Shown: piece after piece, positions 9,658-20,654 of the stretch | How positions within the stretch are numbered: the stretch's first letter is position 1 | Layout: each line of letters opens with the position of its first letter | Assembly (NCBI GenBank): GCA_963422265.1 | Contig: OY729416.1 | Location: 992,001-1,056,000 of the forward strand | From: Thermodesulfobacteriota bacterium | GTDB lineage: Bacteria > Desulfobacterota_D > UBA1144 > Nemesobacterales > UBA2774 | Length of the DNA: 64,000 nt | Reading direction: 5' to 3' | Notes under the pieces: model-generated | Told to the model about the DNA's origin: nothing | Databases searched by the model: none | The model's input: the letters and a program-made list of their open reading frames with translations, nothing else | Translations under genes and position numbers: made by a program

Positions 9658-11109
9658 ATGGAATACGAACCTGTAATAGGGCTTGAAGTTCACGCCCAGA
9701 TCAAGACTGCATCCAAGATTTTCTCACCCGCAGCCAGCGAGTTCGGCGGGTCGCCCAACTCATATGTAAATCCTATATGCCTCGGAATGCCGGGCACGTT
9801 GCCCATTCTCAACAAAAAGGCGCTAGAATATGCCGTAAGAGCCGCAATCGCACTGAATTGCGAGATACACACAACGTCGCGGTTCGCTCGTAAAAACTAT
9901 TTTTACCCCGATCTACCAAAAGGATACCAGATATCGCAATACGAAGAACCTTTCTCTTCAAAGGGGTGGCTCGATATCAGCGTCAACGGCTCGACAAAGA
10001 GAATACACATTACGAGAATACACATGGAAGAGGACGCCGGCAAACTCATCCACGATAACAAAGGGGCTTCAAGCTACGTGGATTTAAACAGGGCTGGCAC
10101 TCCGCTTATAGAAATAGTTAGCGAACCTGATATATCCAGTGCGCAAGAAGCCATTGAATACATTAGGAAGCTACGTTCAATTTTAAGGTATATAGGGGTT
10201 TGCGATGGAAACATGGAAGAAGGAAGCCTTAGGTGTGATGCAAACGTCTCAATCAGACCAAAGGGGTCTGAAGAGCTTGGGACAAAGGCTGAGATTAAAA
10301 ATGTGAACTCCTTTAAGTTTATTCAAAAAGCTATAGATTACGAAATAAGAAGACAAACAATGCTCGTAGAAACGGGAGAGCAGGTTGTTCAAGAAACAAG
10401 GCTGTTTGATTCCGTTAGTAGCGAGACATTCTCTATGAGGTCTAAGGAAGAGGCTCACGATTATAGATATTTTCCGGATCCCGATCTCCTCGCCGTTGTG
10501 ATAGAAAAAGAGAAAATTGAAGAGATTGGGTCTTGCCTACCTGAACTCCCAGACGCAAGGCTAAGTAGATTCAAACACGAATACGACTTGCCCGAATACG
10601 ATGCGAAAATCTTAACCGAATCAAAGGAAATAGCGGATTATTTTGAGGAATCCTTAAAACACCATAACAATCCCAAAACCACAAGCAACTGGATTATGAC
10701 TGAGGTTCTACGAGAGCTAAAAGAGGAAGGGATCTCGGACAATTCTAAGATGAGTTCAGAACGCCGTTTTCCAATCACCCCAAAACGCCTCGCCGAACTT
10801 ATAAGCCTAATAGACAAAGGCGCAATCAGCGGAAAGATAGCTAAAGACGTATTCGCCGACATGGTCGCTACGGGGAAAAGAGCACAAGAAATAGTGAAAG
10901 AAAAAGGTATGGAGCAGATCTCCGATCAATCAGAGATTGAGAAAATCGTCCTAGAGACGCTTAAGAAGCATCCCGATGAAATATCCAGATATAAAGCTGG
11001 AGACCAGAAGTTAATGGGATTCTTTGTAGGGCAGGTTATGAAAGCTACGCAAGGCAAAGCTAACCCGAGAATAGTAAACGAAACGCTGAGAAAAGTGCTA
11101 TCTAGCTGA
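9658..11109 (+). CDS. gatB: Asp/Glu-tRNA amidotransferase subunit B
   Basis: IGLEVHAQ, FARKNYFYPDLPKGYQISQ, RCDANVS, DYRYFPDPDL. Confidence 0.98.
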   Translation: MEYEPVIGLEVHAQIKTASKIFSPAASEFGGSPNSYVNPICLGMPGTLPILNKKALEYAVRAAIALNCEIHTTSRFARKNYFYPDLPKGYQISQYEEPFSSKGWLDISVNGSTKRIHITRIHMEEDAGKLIHDNKGASSYVDLNRAGTPLIEIVSEPDISSAQEAIEYIRKLRSILRYIGVCDGNMEEGSLRCDANVSIRPKGSEELGTKAEIKNVNSFKFIQKAIDYEIRRQTMLVETGEQVVQETRLFDSVSSETFSMRSKEEAHDYRYFPDPDLLAVVIEKEKIEEIGSCLPELPDARLSRFKHEYDLPEYDAKILTESKEIADYFEESLKHHNNPKTTSNWIMTEVLRELKEEGISDNSKMSSERRFPITPKRLAELISLIDKGAISGKIAKDVFADMVATGKRAQEIVKEKGMEQISDQSEIEKIVLETLKKHPDEISRYKAGDQKLMGFFVGQVMKATQGKANPRIVNETLRKVLSS

Positions 11110-11162
11110 CAAGCCTAAGTTTGACAGTAAAGTTTTAAGAATGTAACTTGCAGTCCGAATTT

Positions 11163-12287
11163 ATGAGCAGAGCATATCTTGTTTTAGAAGACGGCACGGT
11201 TTTTAATGGGCAGGGATTTGGGCATGCTGGCGAAGCCTATGGAGAGGTAGTGTTTAACACTTCAACTACCGGCTACCAGGAAATCCTATCGGACCCTTCA
11301 TACAACGGACAGATAATTACTATGACCTATCCAGAAATAGGAAACTACGGAGTCAACTGCGAAGACGTTGAATCAAAACGACCTTTCGTCAAAGCCTTCG
11401 TCGTAAAGGAATACTGGAAGACGCCTAGCAACTGGCGCTCACAGGGAGACTTAGAGTCTTACCTGACAAAATACGGAGTAGTAGGTATAGAAGGTATAGA
11501 TACTAGGGCTCTTACTAGAATAATACGTTCCAAGGGAGCTCAAAGGGGAATTGTTTCTACTACCGACTCGAACCTGGAAAGTCTACTAAGAAAGGTTAGA
11601 GACTCACAGGGGATTATTGGCGTTGACTTGGTAACCGAGGTAAGTTGTGAAAAAACATACGGTTGGACTACTGGATCAGGACGCTGGAGAACTGAGAGGG
11701 AGGAAGAGATTAAAGAAAGCCATAGATTTAAGGTAGTTGCTTATGACTTTGGACTAAAGCGCAATACACTAAGGAGGCTTATCGACAATCGATGTGAAGT
11801 CTCCGTAGTTCCATCAAGAACTCCACCTCACGAGGTTTTGTCAATGAACCCTGATGGAATCTTTCTGTCCAACGGGCCAGGGGACCCTGCAGCCGTCTCA
11901 TACGCGGTCGAAACAGTTAGGGTGCTTGTTGGGAGAAAACCAATCTTCGGTATATGCCTAGGACACCAGATACTAAGCCTCGCTCTTGGTGCTAAAACCT
12001 TTAAGCTAAAGTTCGGCCACAGGGGGGCGAACCAGCCTGTAAAAGACTTAAAAAGCGGTAAGGTGGACATTACATCCCAAAACCATGGATTCGCCGTAGA
12101 TGCGGATACCTTAACTAAAGATGCTGAGGTTACTCATATAAATTTGAACGACGGCACCGTAGAGGGCATAAGACACAAAAATTATCCTGCATTCTCAGTT
12201 CAGTATCATCCAGAAGCCTCTCCTGGTCCTCACGACGCATCTCATTTGTTCCACGAATTTGTAAATATGATGAAAGAAAACGCTTAA
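11163..12287 (+). CDS. carA: Carbamoyl-phosphate synthase small subunit
   Basis: [37 protein letters not shown] at 11163 preferred over TTG 11148. Confidence 0.97.
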   Translation: MSRAYLVLEDGTVFNGQGFGHAGEAYGEVVFNTSTTGYQEILSDPSYNGQIITMTYPEIGNYGVNCEDVESKRPFVKAFVVKEYWKTPSNWRSQGDLESYLTKYGVVGIEGIDTRALTRIIRSKGAQRGIVSTTDSNLESLLRKVRDSQGIIGVDLVTEVSCEKTYGWTTGSGRWRTEREEEIKESHRFKVVAYDFGLKRNTLRRLIDNRCEVSVVPSRTPPHEVLSMNPDGIFLSNGPGDPAAVSYAVETVRVLVGRKPIFGICLGHQILSLALGAKTFKLKFGHRGANQPVKDLKSGKVDITSQNHGFAVDADTLTKDAEVTHINLNDGTVEGIRHKNYPAFSVQYHPEASPGPHDASHLFHEFVNMMKENA

Positions 12288-12350
12288 AAGACGTGTTTGC
12301 TACTTACTAGCTTCAGCGATTTTTCTCCGACCTTTAAGACTTATACAGTA

Positions 12351-13073
12351 TTATTCAACGGCCGCGTTGCGCTTTTTTTTAAGCTCTGCCACGTATCTAT
12401 CCGCAAGCCTAGTTGGTTCGGGAATTCTATATCCTCTGGCGCATCTAACTATTATTTCAAGCGACGTTATGATATCTACTTTATGCCCTACGGATATAAA
12501 CACCGGCTTGGTTCCACGTTTAGTTCTTAAAACAGCACCAATTCTTCCCCCATCATTAGATAACAGATAACTCCAATCGCCTGCATTTTGTTCCGGGTCC
12601 TCGTATCTGCCATAAAGCCTCTTTTTAGCAACCCCAATTGAGGGAACGTCTAGTATAACGCCAACGTGGCAGGCTATACCGAAACCGCGTGGGTGCGCTA
12701 TACCCTGACCGTCCAGGACAAGAAGGTCGGGCTTAACGTCAAGTTTACGGTAAGCCTCGATAATAGCGGGAGCTTCTCTAAAAGCTAGTAGCCCGGGTAT
12801 GTAAGGGAAACTTTCTTCCGCTACGGCTGAGGACTTTTCTATTACCTCTAAAGCAGGGTAAGAGAAAACAACTATTCCGGCAATGAGTTTATTCTCGTCT
12901 TTGAGTATAGCTATATCAGCGCCCGCCAGAGTCTTTAAGTCTCCAAACGTAGATTTGTCCACAACCTTGTCTTTTAGCTTTGCCTGAATCGCTATTGCGT
13001 CCTCGTAGGACGGAGTCCACCCACCATATAGTCTTTCTTTTATCTCTTTTATCTCTTTTTTGATGGAATCCAT
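12351..13073 (-). CDS. nfi: Endonuclease V
   Basis: FPYIPGLLAFRE, DGQGIAHPRGFGIACHVG, PEPTRLAD. Confidence 0.96.
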   Translation of the reverse strand: MDSIKKEIKEIKERLYGGWTPSYEDAIAIQAKLKDKVVDKSTFGDLKTLAGADIAILKDENKLIAGIVVFSYPALEVIEKSSAVAEESFPYIPGLLAFREAPAIIEAYRKLDVKPDLLVLDGQGIAHPRGFGIACHVGVILDVPSIGVAKKRLYGRYEDPEQNAGDWSYLLSNDGGRIGAVLRTKRGTKPVFISVGHKVDIITSLEIIVRCARGYRIPEPTRLADRYVAELKKKRNAAVE

Positions 13074-13240
13074 ACGTTTTCCTCTAACGACTCGCTAATA
13101 ATACATTACTAGTTGACAGCTTTCAGCTAGTAGTTTGGCGTGCCCAAGCACCTTCACAAATATCTGCCCAAGTTACTTGTCCAGAAGAGTAAAATTCGGT
13201 AGAATCAACCATCAATCAGCAAGCTTAAAAAGGCTAGGTT

Positions 13241-14191
13241 ATGAAACTGAAAATGGCTTTCGTCATGGACCCAATAGAGTCTATTAACATTGAAAAAGAC
13301 ACAACCTTTGTTCTTATGCTCGAGGCTCAAAGGCGTGGACACCTAGTTTACTACCTGGAATTAAAAGACTTATTCGTAAAAGAAGCGAAAGCTTATGGAA
13401 ATGCAACGGAACTGGCTCTAAAAAGGGATCAAAGCTTCTACAGGCTGGGAAATTGCAAAACCGTCCCACTTGAGAGCTTTGATATAGTCTGGATGAGAAA
13501 AGACCCGCCCTTTAACCAAGATTATATTTACTCAACTTACTTGCTTAGTCTCATTGACGAGGAAAAGACCAAGGTGATAAACAAACCTTCGGGAATAAGG
13601 GAATCGAATGAAAAGCTTTACGCCCTTTACTTTCCTGAATGGATTCCTCCCTGCACCGTAACGAAGGATATAGAGGAACTTGAAAAATTTCTTTGCGAAG
13701 TCGGCGGAGAAATAGTGGTAAAACCTCTTGACGGCCACGGTGGAGAGGGAATTTTTTACGTCCGCGAGGGAGACAAGAATGCAAACGTTATTCTGGAAAC
13801 GATAACGAATTTGGGAACGGTTTACGTGATGGCTCAGAAGTTTTTAGAGGAAGTCGCCAAAGGCGACAAAAGAATCATTCTTTTGAATGGTGAACCCCTT
13901 GGAGCCGTGCTTAGGGTTGCCAAACCGGGAGGAGAATTCAGATCTAACTTTCATTCAGGCGGAAGCGCGTCGAAAACAGAGCTTACGGAAAGAGAAGTCG
14001 AAATATGCGCGACCCTGTCGCCGAGATTGAGACAGGATGGTCTTTATTTTGTGGGAATAGACGTAATAGGGGGCTACGTAACCGAGATAAACACAACAAG
14101 CCCTACGGGGATTCAGGAAATCAATAGTCTCAACGGCGTTAAACTTGAATCTAAGGTAATAGATTTCGCTGAGCGGTTACGCCTCAATTGA
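13241..14191 (+). CDS. gshB: Glutathione synthetase
   Basis: MDPIESINIEKDTT, MRKDPPF, GDKRI, EINTTSPTG. Confidence 0.95.
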   Translation: MKLKMAFVMDPIESINIEKDTTFVLMLEAQRRGHLVYYLELKDLFVKEAKAYGNATELALKRDQSFYRLGNCKTVPLESFDIVWMRKDPPFNQDYIYSTYLLSLIDEEKTKVINKPSGIRESNEKLYALYFPEWIPPCTVTKDIEELEKFLCEVGGEIVVKPLDGHGGEGIFYVREGDKNANVILETITNLGTVYVMAQKFLEEVAKGDKRIILLNGEPLGAVLRVAKPGGEFRSNFHSGGSASKTELTEREVEICATLSPRLRQDGLYFVGIDVIGGYVTEINTTSPTGIQEINSLNGVKLESKVIDFAERLRLN

Positions 14192-14224
14192 GGCGCGCTG
14201 ATTTAACCTTTTAAGGAGTGAAAA

Positions 14225-14515
14225 GTGAAAATTTCAAAGGACGACGCCCTGCACGTAGCGGAGTTGGCGAGACTGGAATTTAACGAGGACGAGCTTGAAA
14301 AACTCACTGGACAACTGGGTAATATTCTAGAATACATAGAAAAGCTCAAAGAGTTGGATACGACCAGCGTCAAACCTACATATCACATCTTATATCTATC
14401 CACACCGTTTAGAGATGATAAAGCAATGGAGTGGCTCACCCCTGACGATGTATTAGAGAACGCCCCTGAAAGACAAGACGAGTTTTTTACCGTGCCTAAA
14501 GTTATCGAGGGTTAA
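14225..14515 (+). CDS. gatC: Asp/Glu-tRNA amidotransferase subunit C
   Basis: HVAELARL ... FFTVPKVIE; directly upstream of gatA. Confidence 0.95.
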   Translation: MKISKDDALHVAELARLEFNEDELEKLTGQLGNILEYIEKLKELDTTSVKPTYHILYLSTPFRDDKAMEWLTPDDVLENAPERQDEFFTVPKVIEG

Positions 14516-14526
14516 GGAGACGGAGC

Positions 14527-15990
14527 GTGACAGAGCTTCCATACCTAACAATAAGAGAAGCGTCTGAGCTAATAAAAAAGAAAGAGATATCGCCCGTTGA
14601 TATTACAAGATCGGTGCTTGAAAGAATTAGCGATATAGATAGAAAACTCAATTCTTATATAACTGTGATCGCCGATCAGTCTCTGGGAGCAGCTAAAAAT
14701 GCTGAAGAGGCTATAGCTAAAGGCTCTTATCTGGGACCGCTCCATGGAATTCCTCTAGCCTTAAAAGACATCTTCATAACAAGAGGGATTCCCACAACCT
14801 GCGGTTCTAAAATGCTCGAAAACTTTATTCCACCCTACGATGGGTCGGTAACTAAAAGGCTTGTTGACGCAGGGGCGGTAATTGTGGGGAAGAATAACAT
14901 GGATGAGTTTGCCATGGGATCATCCACTGAGACCTCCTATTTTGGTCCCGTCAAAAACCCTTGGGACCTAAATAGAGTCCCAGGTGGTTCAAGCGGAGGC
15001 TCGGCGACCGCGACGGCCGCTTCGCTCTGCCTCGGATCGGTGGGCACAGATACAGGAGGCTCTATAAGACAGCCCGCCTCGCTGTGCGGAGTCGTGGGAA
15101 TGAAACCCACTTATGGAAGGGTAAGCAGGTTTGGCATGATAGCTTTCGCGTCTTCGCTTGATCAAGCGGGTCCAATTACAAAAACAGTAGAAGACGCATC
15201 TATAATTTTAAGCGCTATATCGGGCTATGATCCTATGGACTCCACTTGCGTTGACAAGCCCGTACCCGATTATACTAAACACCTGGAAGATGACGTAGAA
15301 GGAATAAAAGTTGGGATACCTAAGGAATACTTCATTGACGGTATAGACAAAGAGGTAGAAGAAGCATCAAGAAAGGCTATTGAGCTTGTTAAAGACCTGG
15401 GCGGAGAGATAATTGAAATATCGTTGCCACATACTGAATACGCCGTATCTACCTACTATATAATTGCGCCGTCCGAAGCAAGTTCTAATCTTGCTAGATA
15501 TGACGGGGTGAAATACGGTTTCAGGGCGGAAGGCGCTAGATCCTTGGGAGAAATGTATCGCAAAACAAGAGCGGAGGGCTTCGGGGATGAGGTTAAGAGA
15601 AGGATAATGCTTGGGACATATGCCCTTTCCGCGGGCTATTACGATGCTTACTATCTAAAAGCTCAACGCGTAAGAACCCTAATTAAACAAGACTTTGAGA
15701 ACGCATTTAACAAGGTTGACGTCATTATGGCTCCTACTACTCCTGAGACGGCGTTTGAGATTGGGGAAAAAACCGAAGACCCGATAAAAATGTACCTCTC
15801 CGACGTCCTAACTATTCCTTGCAATATAGCAGGTCTTCCCGGGATTTCCGTTCCCTGCGGGTTTTCTTCGGGTGGGCTACCCATAGGAATACAGATAATC
15901 GGTAGGCCATTTGATGAAGAATCCGTTTTGCACGTAGCCCATGCTTATGAACAAGGTGCGAATTTGAGAGAAAGAAGACCGCCTATCTAA
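14527..15990 (+). CDS. gatA: Asp/Glu-tRNA amidotransferase subunit A
   Basis: [38 protein letters not shown]. Confidence 0.98.
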   Translation: MTELPYLTIREASELIKKKEISPVDITRSVLERISDIDRKLNSYITVIADQSLGAAKNAEEAIAKGSYLGPLHGIPLALKDIFITRGIPTTCGSKMLENFIPPYDGSVTKRLVDAGAVIVGKNNMDEFAMGSSTETSYFGPVKNPWDLNRVPGGSSGGSATATAASLCLGSVGTDTGGSIRQPASLCGVVGMKPTYGRVSRFGMIAFASSLDQAGPITKTVEDASIILSAISGYDPMDSTCVDKPVPDYTKHLEDDVEGIKVGIPKEYFIDGIDKEVEEASRKAIELVKDLGGEIIEISLPHTEYAVSTYYIIAPSEASSNLARYDGVKYGFRAEGARSLGEMYRKTRAEGFGDEVKRRIMLGTYALSAGYYDAYYLKAQRVRTLIKQDFENAFNKVDVIMAPTTPETAFEIGEKTEDPIKMYLSDVLTIPCNIAGLPGISVPCGFSSGGLPIGIQIIGRPFDEESVLHVAHAYEQGANLRERRPPI

Positions 15991-16024
15991 GATTGGGTAA
16001 ACTTAATAAACGGAGAAAATCTAT

Positions 16025-16237
16025 ATGACTAAAAAGAGGACTGCTACTAGATCAGTAGAGTCGAGGGTGTGCATGATCTGCGGGAAGCCTTCTGAAGGTT
16101 CTATTTGTGAACCCTGTAAGTCTAACGTTCAGGGCGAAGTCGCTCATAGAAAACAGGAAATGGAAAAACAGGTAAGGATTGGCTCAGAGATTGAGAAAAA
16201 CAAGGCAGTAAAAGAAAAACGTAAAGGTAGCAAATAA
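16025..16237 (+). CDS. Small zinc-ribbon protein
   Basis: CMICG...CEPC; GGAG RBS upstream. Confidence 0.65.
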   Translation: MTKKRTATRSVESRVCMICGKPSEGSICEPCKSNVQGEVAHRKQEMEKQVRIGSEIEKNKAVKEKRKGSK

Positions 16238-16251
16238 TGACGCAACTTGTT

Positions 16252-17085
16252 CTAGTCCCAGATTTTAAGCGCTCGTTTATAGATTTTACTTTTAGAAACC
16301 CCTGTCTCCCAAACAGCTTGTTCCACGGATTCCTTAAGACTTGCCCCTTTATCCCTTAGATCAGTCAGTAATTTCTCTATAGCACCAGAATCGCACTGGA
16401 TGTCATCTTGAGAGGCTCCGCGGACTATTATAGTTAATTCTCCTTTTATAACGCCGCGTTCGCTTAACGTCCTTATTAATTCAGATACCCTACCCCGAAT
16501 AATCTCTTCGTGCAGTTTCGTAATCTCGCGACTGACGGAAATCTCACGATCTCCCAAGGTCTCGTATATTGCCTCTAAAGTTCTTAAAATACGCTTAGGT
16601 GATTCATAAAGTATCAACGTTTCTGGATAACGTCGCACCCTTTGCATAAGCTCAATAATAAGCTTCTTAGATCTAGGAGGGAAACCCAAAAAAGTAAAAC
16701 CTGATGTCGAAAAACCCGAAACGCTAAGGGCGGCAACGGCGGCGGAAGGTCCAGGCACGGGGACAACCCTTATCCCTTCTTGTGAAGCCGATTGGACAAT
16801 CCTGTATCCGGGATCGGAAATTCCAGGCGTCCCGGCGTCCGAGACCAAGGCTACGTCTTTGCCCTGCTGCAAAATCCCCAGAAGCTCCTTGCCTCTACGC
16901 GATTCATTATGCTCATGGTAGCTCGTAAGGGGCGTGCTTAGCCCGTAGCGGGAAAGAAGCTTTTTGGTTATTCTCGTATCTTCGCAGGCTATTAGATCTA
17001 CCTCCCTTAAAACTTCTAGGGCGCGCAGACTAACGTCGCCTAGGTTGCCAATAGGGGTTGAGACTATGTAAAGTATGGAAGGCAC
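16252..17085 (-). CDS. rsmI: 16S rRNA (cytidine1402-2'-O)-methyltransferase
   Basis: LYIVSTPIGNL, CEDTR, SDAGTPGISDPG, YESP, REITKLHEE. Confidence 0.96.
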   Translation of the reverse strand: MPSILYIVSTPIGNLGDVSLRALEVLREVDLIACEDTRITKKLLSRYGLSTPLTSYHEHNESRRGKELLGILQQGKDVALVSDAGTPGISDPGYRIVQSASQEGIRVVPVPGPSAAVAALSVSGFSTSGFTFLGFPPRSKKLIIELMQRVRRYPETLILYESPKRILRTLEAIYETLGDREISVSREITKLHEEIIRGRVSELIRTLSERGVIKGELTIIVRGASQDDIQCDSGAIEKLLTDLRDKGASLKESVEQAVWETGVSKSKIYKRALKIWD

Positions 17086-17188
17086 CTGTGCTGAAAAACC
17101 CTAATCAAAAGCTGCAACTTAGAATACTATAGTTGTCGAAACAAGTATATAAGTCCCTAGATTGTCAAGGTATGAGCGAAACAAAGTG

Positions 17189-17271
17189 CGGAGGGCGAGG
17201 GATTTGAACCCACAAGTCCGTAAGGACGCCGGTTTTCAAGACCGGTGCATTAGCCGTTCTGCCAGCCCTCC
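17189..17271 (-). tRNA. tRNA-Ser(TGA)
   Basis: GGAGGGC/GCCCTCC acceptor stem, CCGGT-CTTGAAA-ACCGG anticodon arm, long variable arm, GGTTCAAATCC. CCA not encoded. Confidence 0.93.
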
Positions 17272-17302
17272 GAGCATGTTAATTGTAACTGACTGAAAAC
17301 AC

Positions 17303-17914
17303 CTAGCTAACGTAGCTTAACACTTTCTGCACATCTTCATCAGATAACTCTATAGGCTCTACGGTCTCATTTATGTTCTTCTTAAAATTACTGAGAGACA
17401 CTCCCTGCAGATAACAACTTAAGATTGATCTTATGTGTTTGTGCGTAATAACCAGCACCCTTTCACCAGGATATGAAAGCGCTATTTCCCCTATTGTCTG
17501 CACGACACGTTCCTGCACCTCTCGCATAGTTTCAGGAGCGTTAGGTATCGGTATTGAAGTATCACCGTCCATAAACCACTTTTTAAAGTCGCCGTCATTA
17601 TCGGCAAGAAGATCTTCATACCTCTGCCCGTTCCAGTCGCCATGGTCAAGCTCTCTAAGGTCTTGGTGAACGTGTAAAGGAACGCCCAGCTTATCCGCAT
17701 AAAATCTAGAGGTATCGTAAGCCCTTTTAAGAGGGCTAGTAACAATTCTGTCAAAATTGAGACTTTCGATTACAGGACAAGTTTTCTCAACCTCTAGCCA
17801 CCCTTCCTCGCAAAGAGGAAGATCAGTTCTACCTATAAGGCGATTTTCAAGGTTCCACGCCGTCTTGCAATGGCGACCAAGATATATCTTGGTCGCTTGA
17901 GGCAACTCGCTCAT
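17303..17914 (-). CDS. Histidine phosphatase family protein
   Basis: RHC variant of RHG, SPLKRA, E.DHG.W.G, LVITH. Confidence 0.85.
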   Translation of the reverse strand: MSELPQATKIYLGRHCKTAWNLENRLIGRTDLPLCEEGWLEVEKTCPVIESLNFDRIVTSPLKRAYDTSRFYADKLGVPLHVHQDLRELDHGDWNGQRYEDLLADNDGDFKKWFMDGDTSIPIPNAPETMREVQERVVQTIGEIALSYPGERVLVITHKHIRSILSCYLQGVSLSNFKKNINETVEPIELSDEDVQKVLSYVS

Positions 17915-18105
17915 TTAATTTTATTCCTTTGACCTTATTCCTTATTTACAAAATTTACAAAACTTCCAAAGCTCCAAATTCCACAGCCCCGATTGAAACA
18001 TGTTAAGCAGGATTAGGCAAAATATACAAAACGCGCAATGTTTTACAAGACCATTCTAGTAGATCAAATCCACCACTCTCTACCTCATCCCAGCGTAATT
18101 AAACT

Positions 18106-19800
18106 TCATCTCCCGATTGGGAGACTGCTTTCTTTCAAGCTCGGCAGATATGTGCCGCCCAGCTTGACGTGACCTTTATCTACGCCGTCACTAAGCCTAT
18201 TTACCAAATAGTCTCTATTTAGACCTATTATGTTGACACCGTGATCCGACTCAACCAAGCAGAGTAGCTTTATACTTCTAACATTCTTATCCGCAATCTC
18301 ATAAATCGCAGAATAGTTAAGTAGGGCAGCCTCAACCGTGCCACAGGGAAGCGATGGATTTCTAGCACCGGCGTAGTATTCTCCACTACCAAACCAGCTA
18401 GGATTAGGATAGCCGTGAAAATGTAGGATCGGTAAACCATCCTTGATCAGCTCAGGCGTATATAGAGCCGCCGCCATTGCCTGAGCCAGTATCACGTAAG
18501 TGTCAAAAGATGGTCTTATATCCTTCCTGTTCAGGTTCACGCCCCTAGGTGTTTCCAGGTGAAGCTTGCCTTTAATTACACCGATCCGAACTATATCGGT
18601 GGCAGGGTCAAGGTTAGTCTTATCGCTTCCTGAGCGCGACGTTGCAATCCATATATCCGGAACTTGCTGAAAAACTTCTTCTCCCCTGATTACACTTCTT
18701 ACGTGCCACCTACCCTCTTGATTTTCTCTAATAACGTCATCATCAAGGTCTTTAACCTTAGTCATTTTATTCCAAGCCGATTCCGGTACCGTGACGCGCC
18801 CTTCATATCTAGGGGCTTCCGCCAAAGCGATAAAACCATAGGACACCCCCGTCCTACCCTCGAGTATTTTTTCAACAACGTCTCTATGGGACAGCCTTGA
18901 TATCTTTTCACTGAGTTTCGACCCCGCCGGGAATAGCTCAGTCGGTTTCACTAATCTCCCGAGCTCAGCAAGCTGTTTGACGAAAGCTGAATCCGCAGGG
19001 TCATAAACGCCTTTGATAAATCGGTTGAGCACCGGTGGCTTAATAGGAGCGTAAATCTTTGGGATCAGCGAGGTCAACATAAAATCATCGAACTTTTCAC
19101 TGAGATAAATGGAATCAGACAGATTCATGTTAACAAGCGAGAACCTTTCAGGGGCAACCCCTATAACAATTTCAGACATAGTTGAAATAAGGTTATTTAG
19201 ACCTATGGCTATTTTTCGGTCATAGGTCGTATTTGTATCCGCAAACTCGGGATCAAGCGGCATAAGGGTAATTATCTGAGTATTGAACGGATCCTGAACG
19301 TAGCGTGCGGTAAAATCATCAGCCCATCCGCTAATTTTAAGAATCTCCATAACGGACCTATCCCGACCGCGAGTATAAGAGTAAATCTTTTCAGCTAAAC
19401 CACTAAAGAACCTTCTGACAAGAGAATATTCTCTTTTTACGTCAACCACGGCGTGTATGTTTCTCTTGACTTTCCTCGCGCGCAGTATTTTTGAAATTAA
19501 GTCACTCGGCGCCTCAGCCGCCCCGTCCCAGGGAATTACCTGAACGCCGCTCTCCCGTAGCTTTCTCTCCAGCTTTTCTCTAAATCTAATAACAAAGTGA
19601 TTCCCATAACCATTAGGCAATGGCCTGAACGTAACTCTTACTTTCTTTGCCATCTCTAAAGGCTCTCTTGGATTAACTAAGCCTTTTTGCTCTGGCATGC
19701 CAGTAAGGCTGATAATAGTTTTAAGTTCAATATCTGCAAATTGTTCACTAGGCATTATTTGTTTCCTTTTCCCTTTTATTATATATGAATAGCTTGTCAA
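18106..19800 (-). CDS. Hypothetical protein (about 550 aa); start may be ATG 19755
   Basis: Long ORF with genome-like composition. C-terminal HFHGYP, PCG and DHG motifs. Confidence 0.75.
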   Translation of the reverse strand: MTSYSYIIKGKRKQIMPSEQFADIELKTIISLTGMPEQKGLVNPREPLEMAKKVRVTFRPLPNGYGNHFVIRFREKLERKLRESGVQVIPWDGAAEAPSDLISKILRARKVKRNIHAVVDVKREYSLVRRFFSGLAEKIYSYTRGRDRSVMEILKISGWADDFTARYVQDPFNTQIITLMPLDPEFADTNTTYDRKIAIGLNNLISTMSEIVIGVAPERFSLVNMNLSDSIYLSEKFDDFMLTSLIPKIYAPIKPPVLNRFIKGVYDPADSAFVKQLAELGRLVKPTELFPAGSKLSEKISRLSHRDVVEKILEGRTGVSYGFIALAEAPRYEGRVTVPESAWNKMTKVKDLDDDVIRENQEGRWHVRSVIRGEEVFQQVPDIWIATSRSGSDKTNLDPATDIVRIGVIKGKLHLETPRGVNLNRKDIRPSFDTYVILAQAMAAALYTPELIKDGLPILHFHGYPNPSWFGSGEYYAGARNPSLPCGTVEAALLNYSAIYEIADKNVRSIKLLCLVESDHGVNIIGLNRDYLVNRLSDGVDKGHVKLGGTYLPSLKESSLPIGR

Positions 19801-19931
19801 TTCACAGGAAGAGAGAGATTTCGACGGGATTCGGAGCGTATAGAGCGCTAATTCAAACTCACCTCTGATTTCCTAATTCCCTTTCTCAAGGGCACATGCT
19901 TTGCTAAAGAAAGATACTTTATATGGCGCAA

Positions 19932-20654
19932 CTATGAGGCCTCAGAGCTTTCATACTCATCTAATACTCCTTGCATCTGGCTTCTCACCATGCTCATCAA
20001 TTCTTCTCTACCAATCCTCCCCGGAGGTAGATCATCTACTTTTATAGGCGGAAAAATTTTTACGCTCATATCGGTAGGATTGATCCATCTCGAGCCTTTG
20101 GAGCGTATTTCCCTTCCCCCAGTAATAACCATCGTAACTAGGGGAACCCTCGCAAGTAAGGCTATGAAAAACCCGCCTTTCTGAAATGGAAGCAATTTGC
20201 CATCGGGGCTTCTTGTCCCCTCAGGGGCAAGCACAACCGCAGGACCGGAGCGAAGATTTTTTACTATTTTCTTTACTTCTCTCGTATCGCCAGCCGACCC
20301 GTCCCTAGCTACTAAGTAGTGCCCGGAGAGCATAGAAACCCATCCGATAAAGGGCATTCTACCGACTTCTTTTTTCATAACGGCCCTCCAGTCAATCGGA
20401 AGAACCGCCATATAGGCAAGCACGTCAAAGATACTTTGATGATTAAACATTATGACGCAAGGCCCCTTAGGAACGTTTTCAATACCCTCAACGTTCACCT
20501 TAACGTCACAGGAAAGAAGCATGAGGCGCGCCCATGGTCTGACTACGTATGGAACTACCTTCTTGGGAGATATAAGCGATAGAGACGTACCGCAAATACC
20601 CGCTATTGTGGTAAGAATTAAAAATGCGATCCAACCTAACATTGTTCTTATCAT
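19932..20654 (-). CDS. plsC: 1-acyl-sn-glycerol-3-phosphate acyltransferase
   Basis: NHQS..D and PEGTRS motifs. Confidence 0.9.
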   Translation of the reverse strand: MIRTMLGWIAFLILTTIAGICGTSLSLISPKKVVPYVVRPWARLMLLSCDVKVNVEGIENVPKGPCVIMFNHQSIFDVLAYMAVLPIDWRAVMKKEVGRMPFIGWVSMLSGHYLVARDGSAGDTREVKKIVKNLRSGPAVVLAPEGTRSPDGKLLPFQKGGFFIALLARVPLVTMVITGGREIRSKGSRWINPTDMSVKIFPPIKVDDLPPGRIGREELMSMVRSQMQGVLDEYESSEAS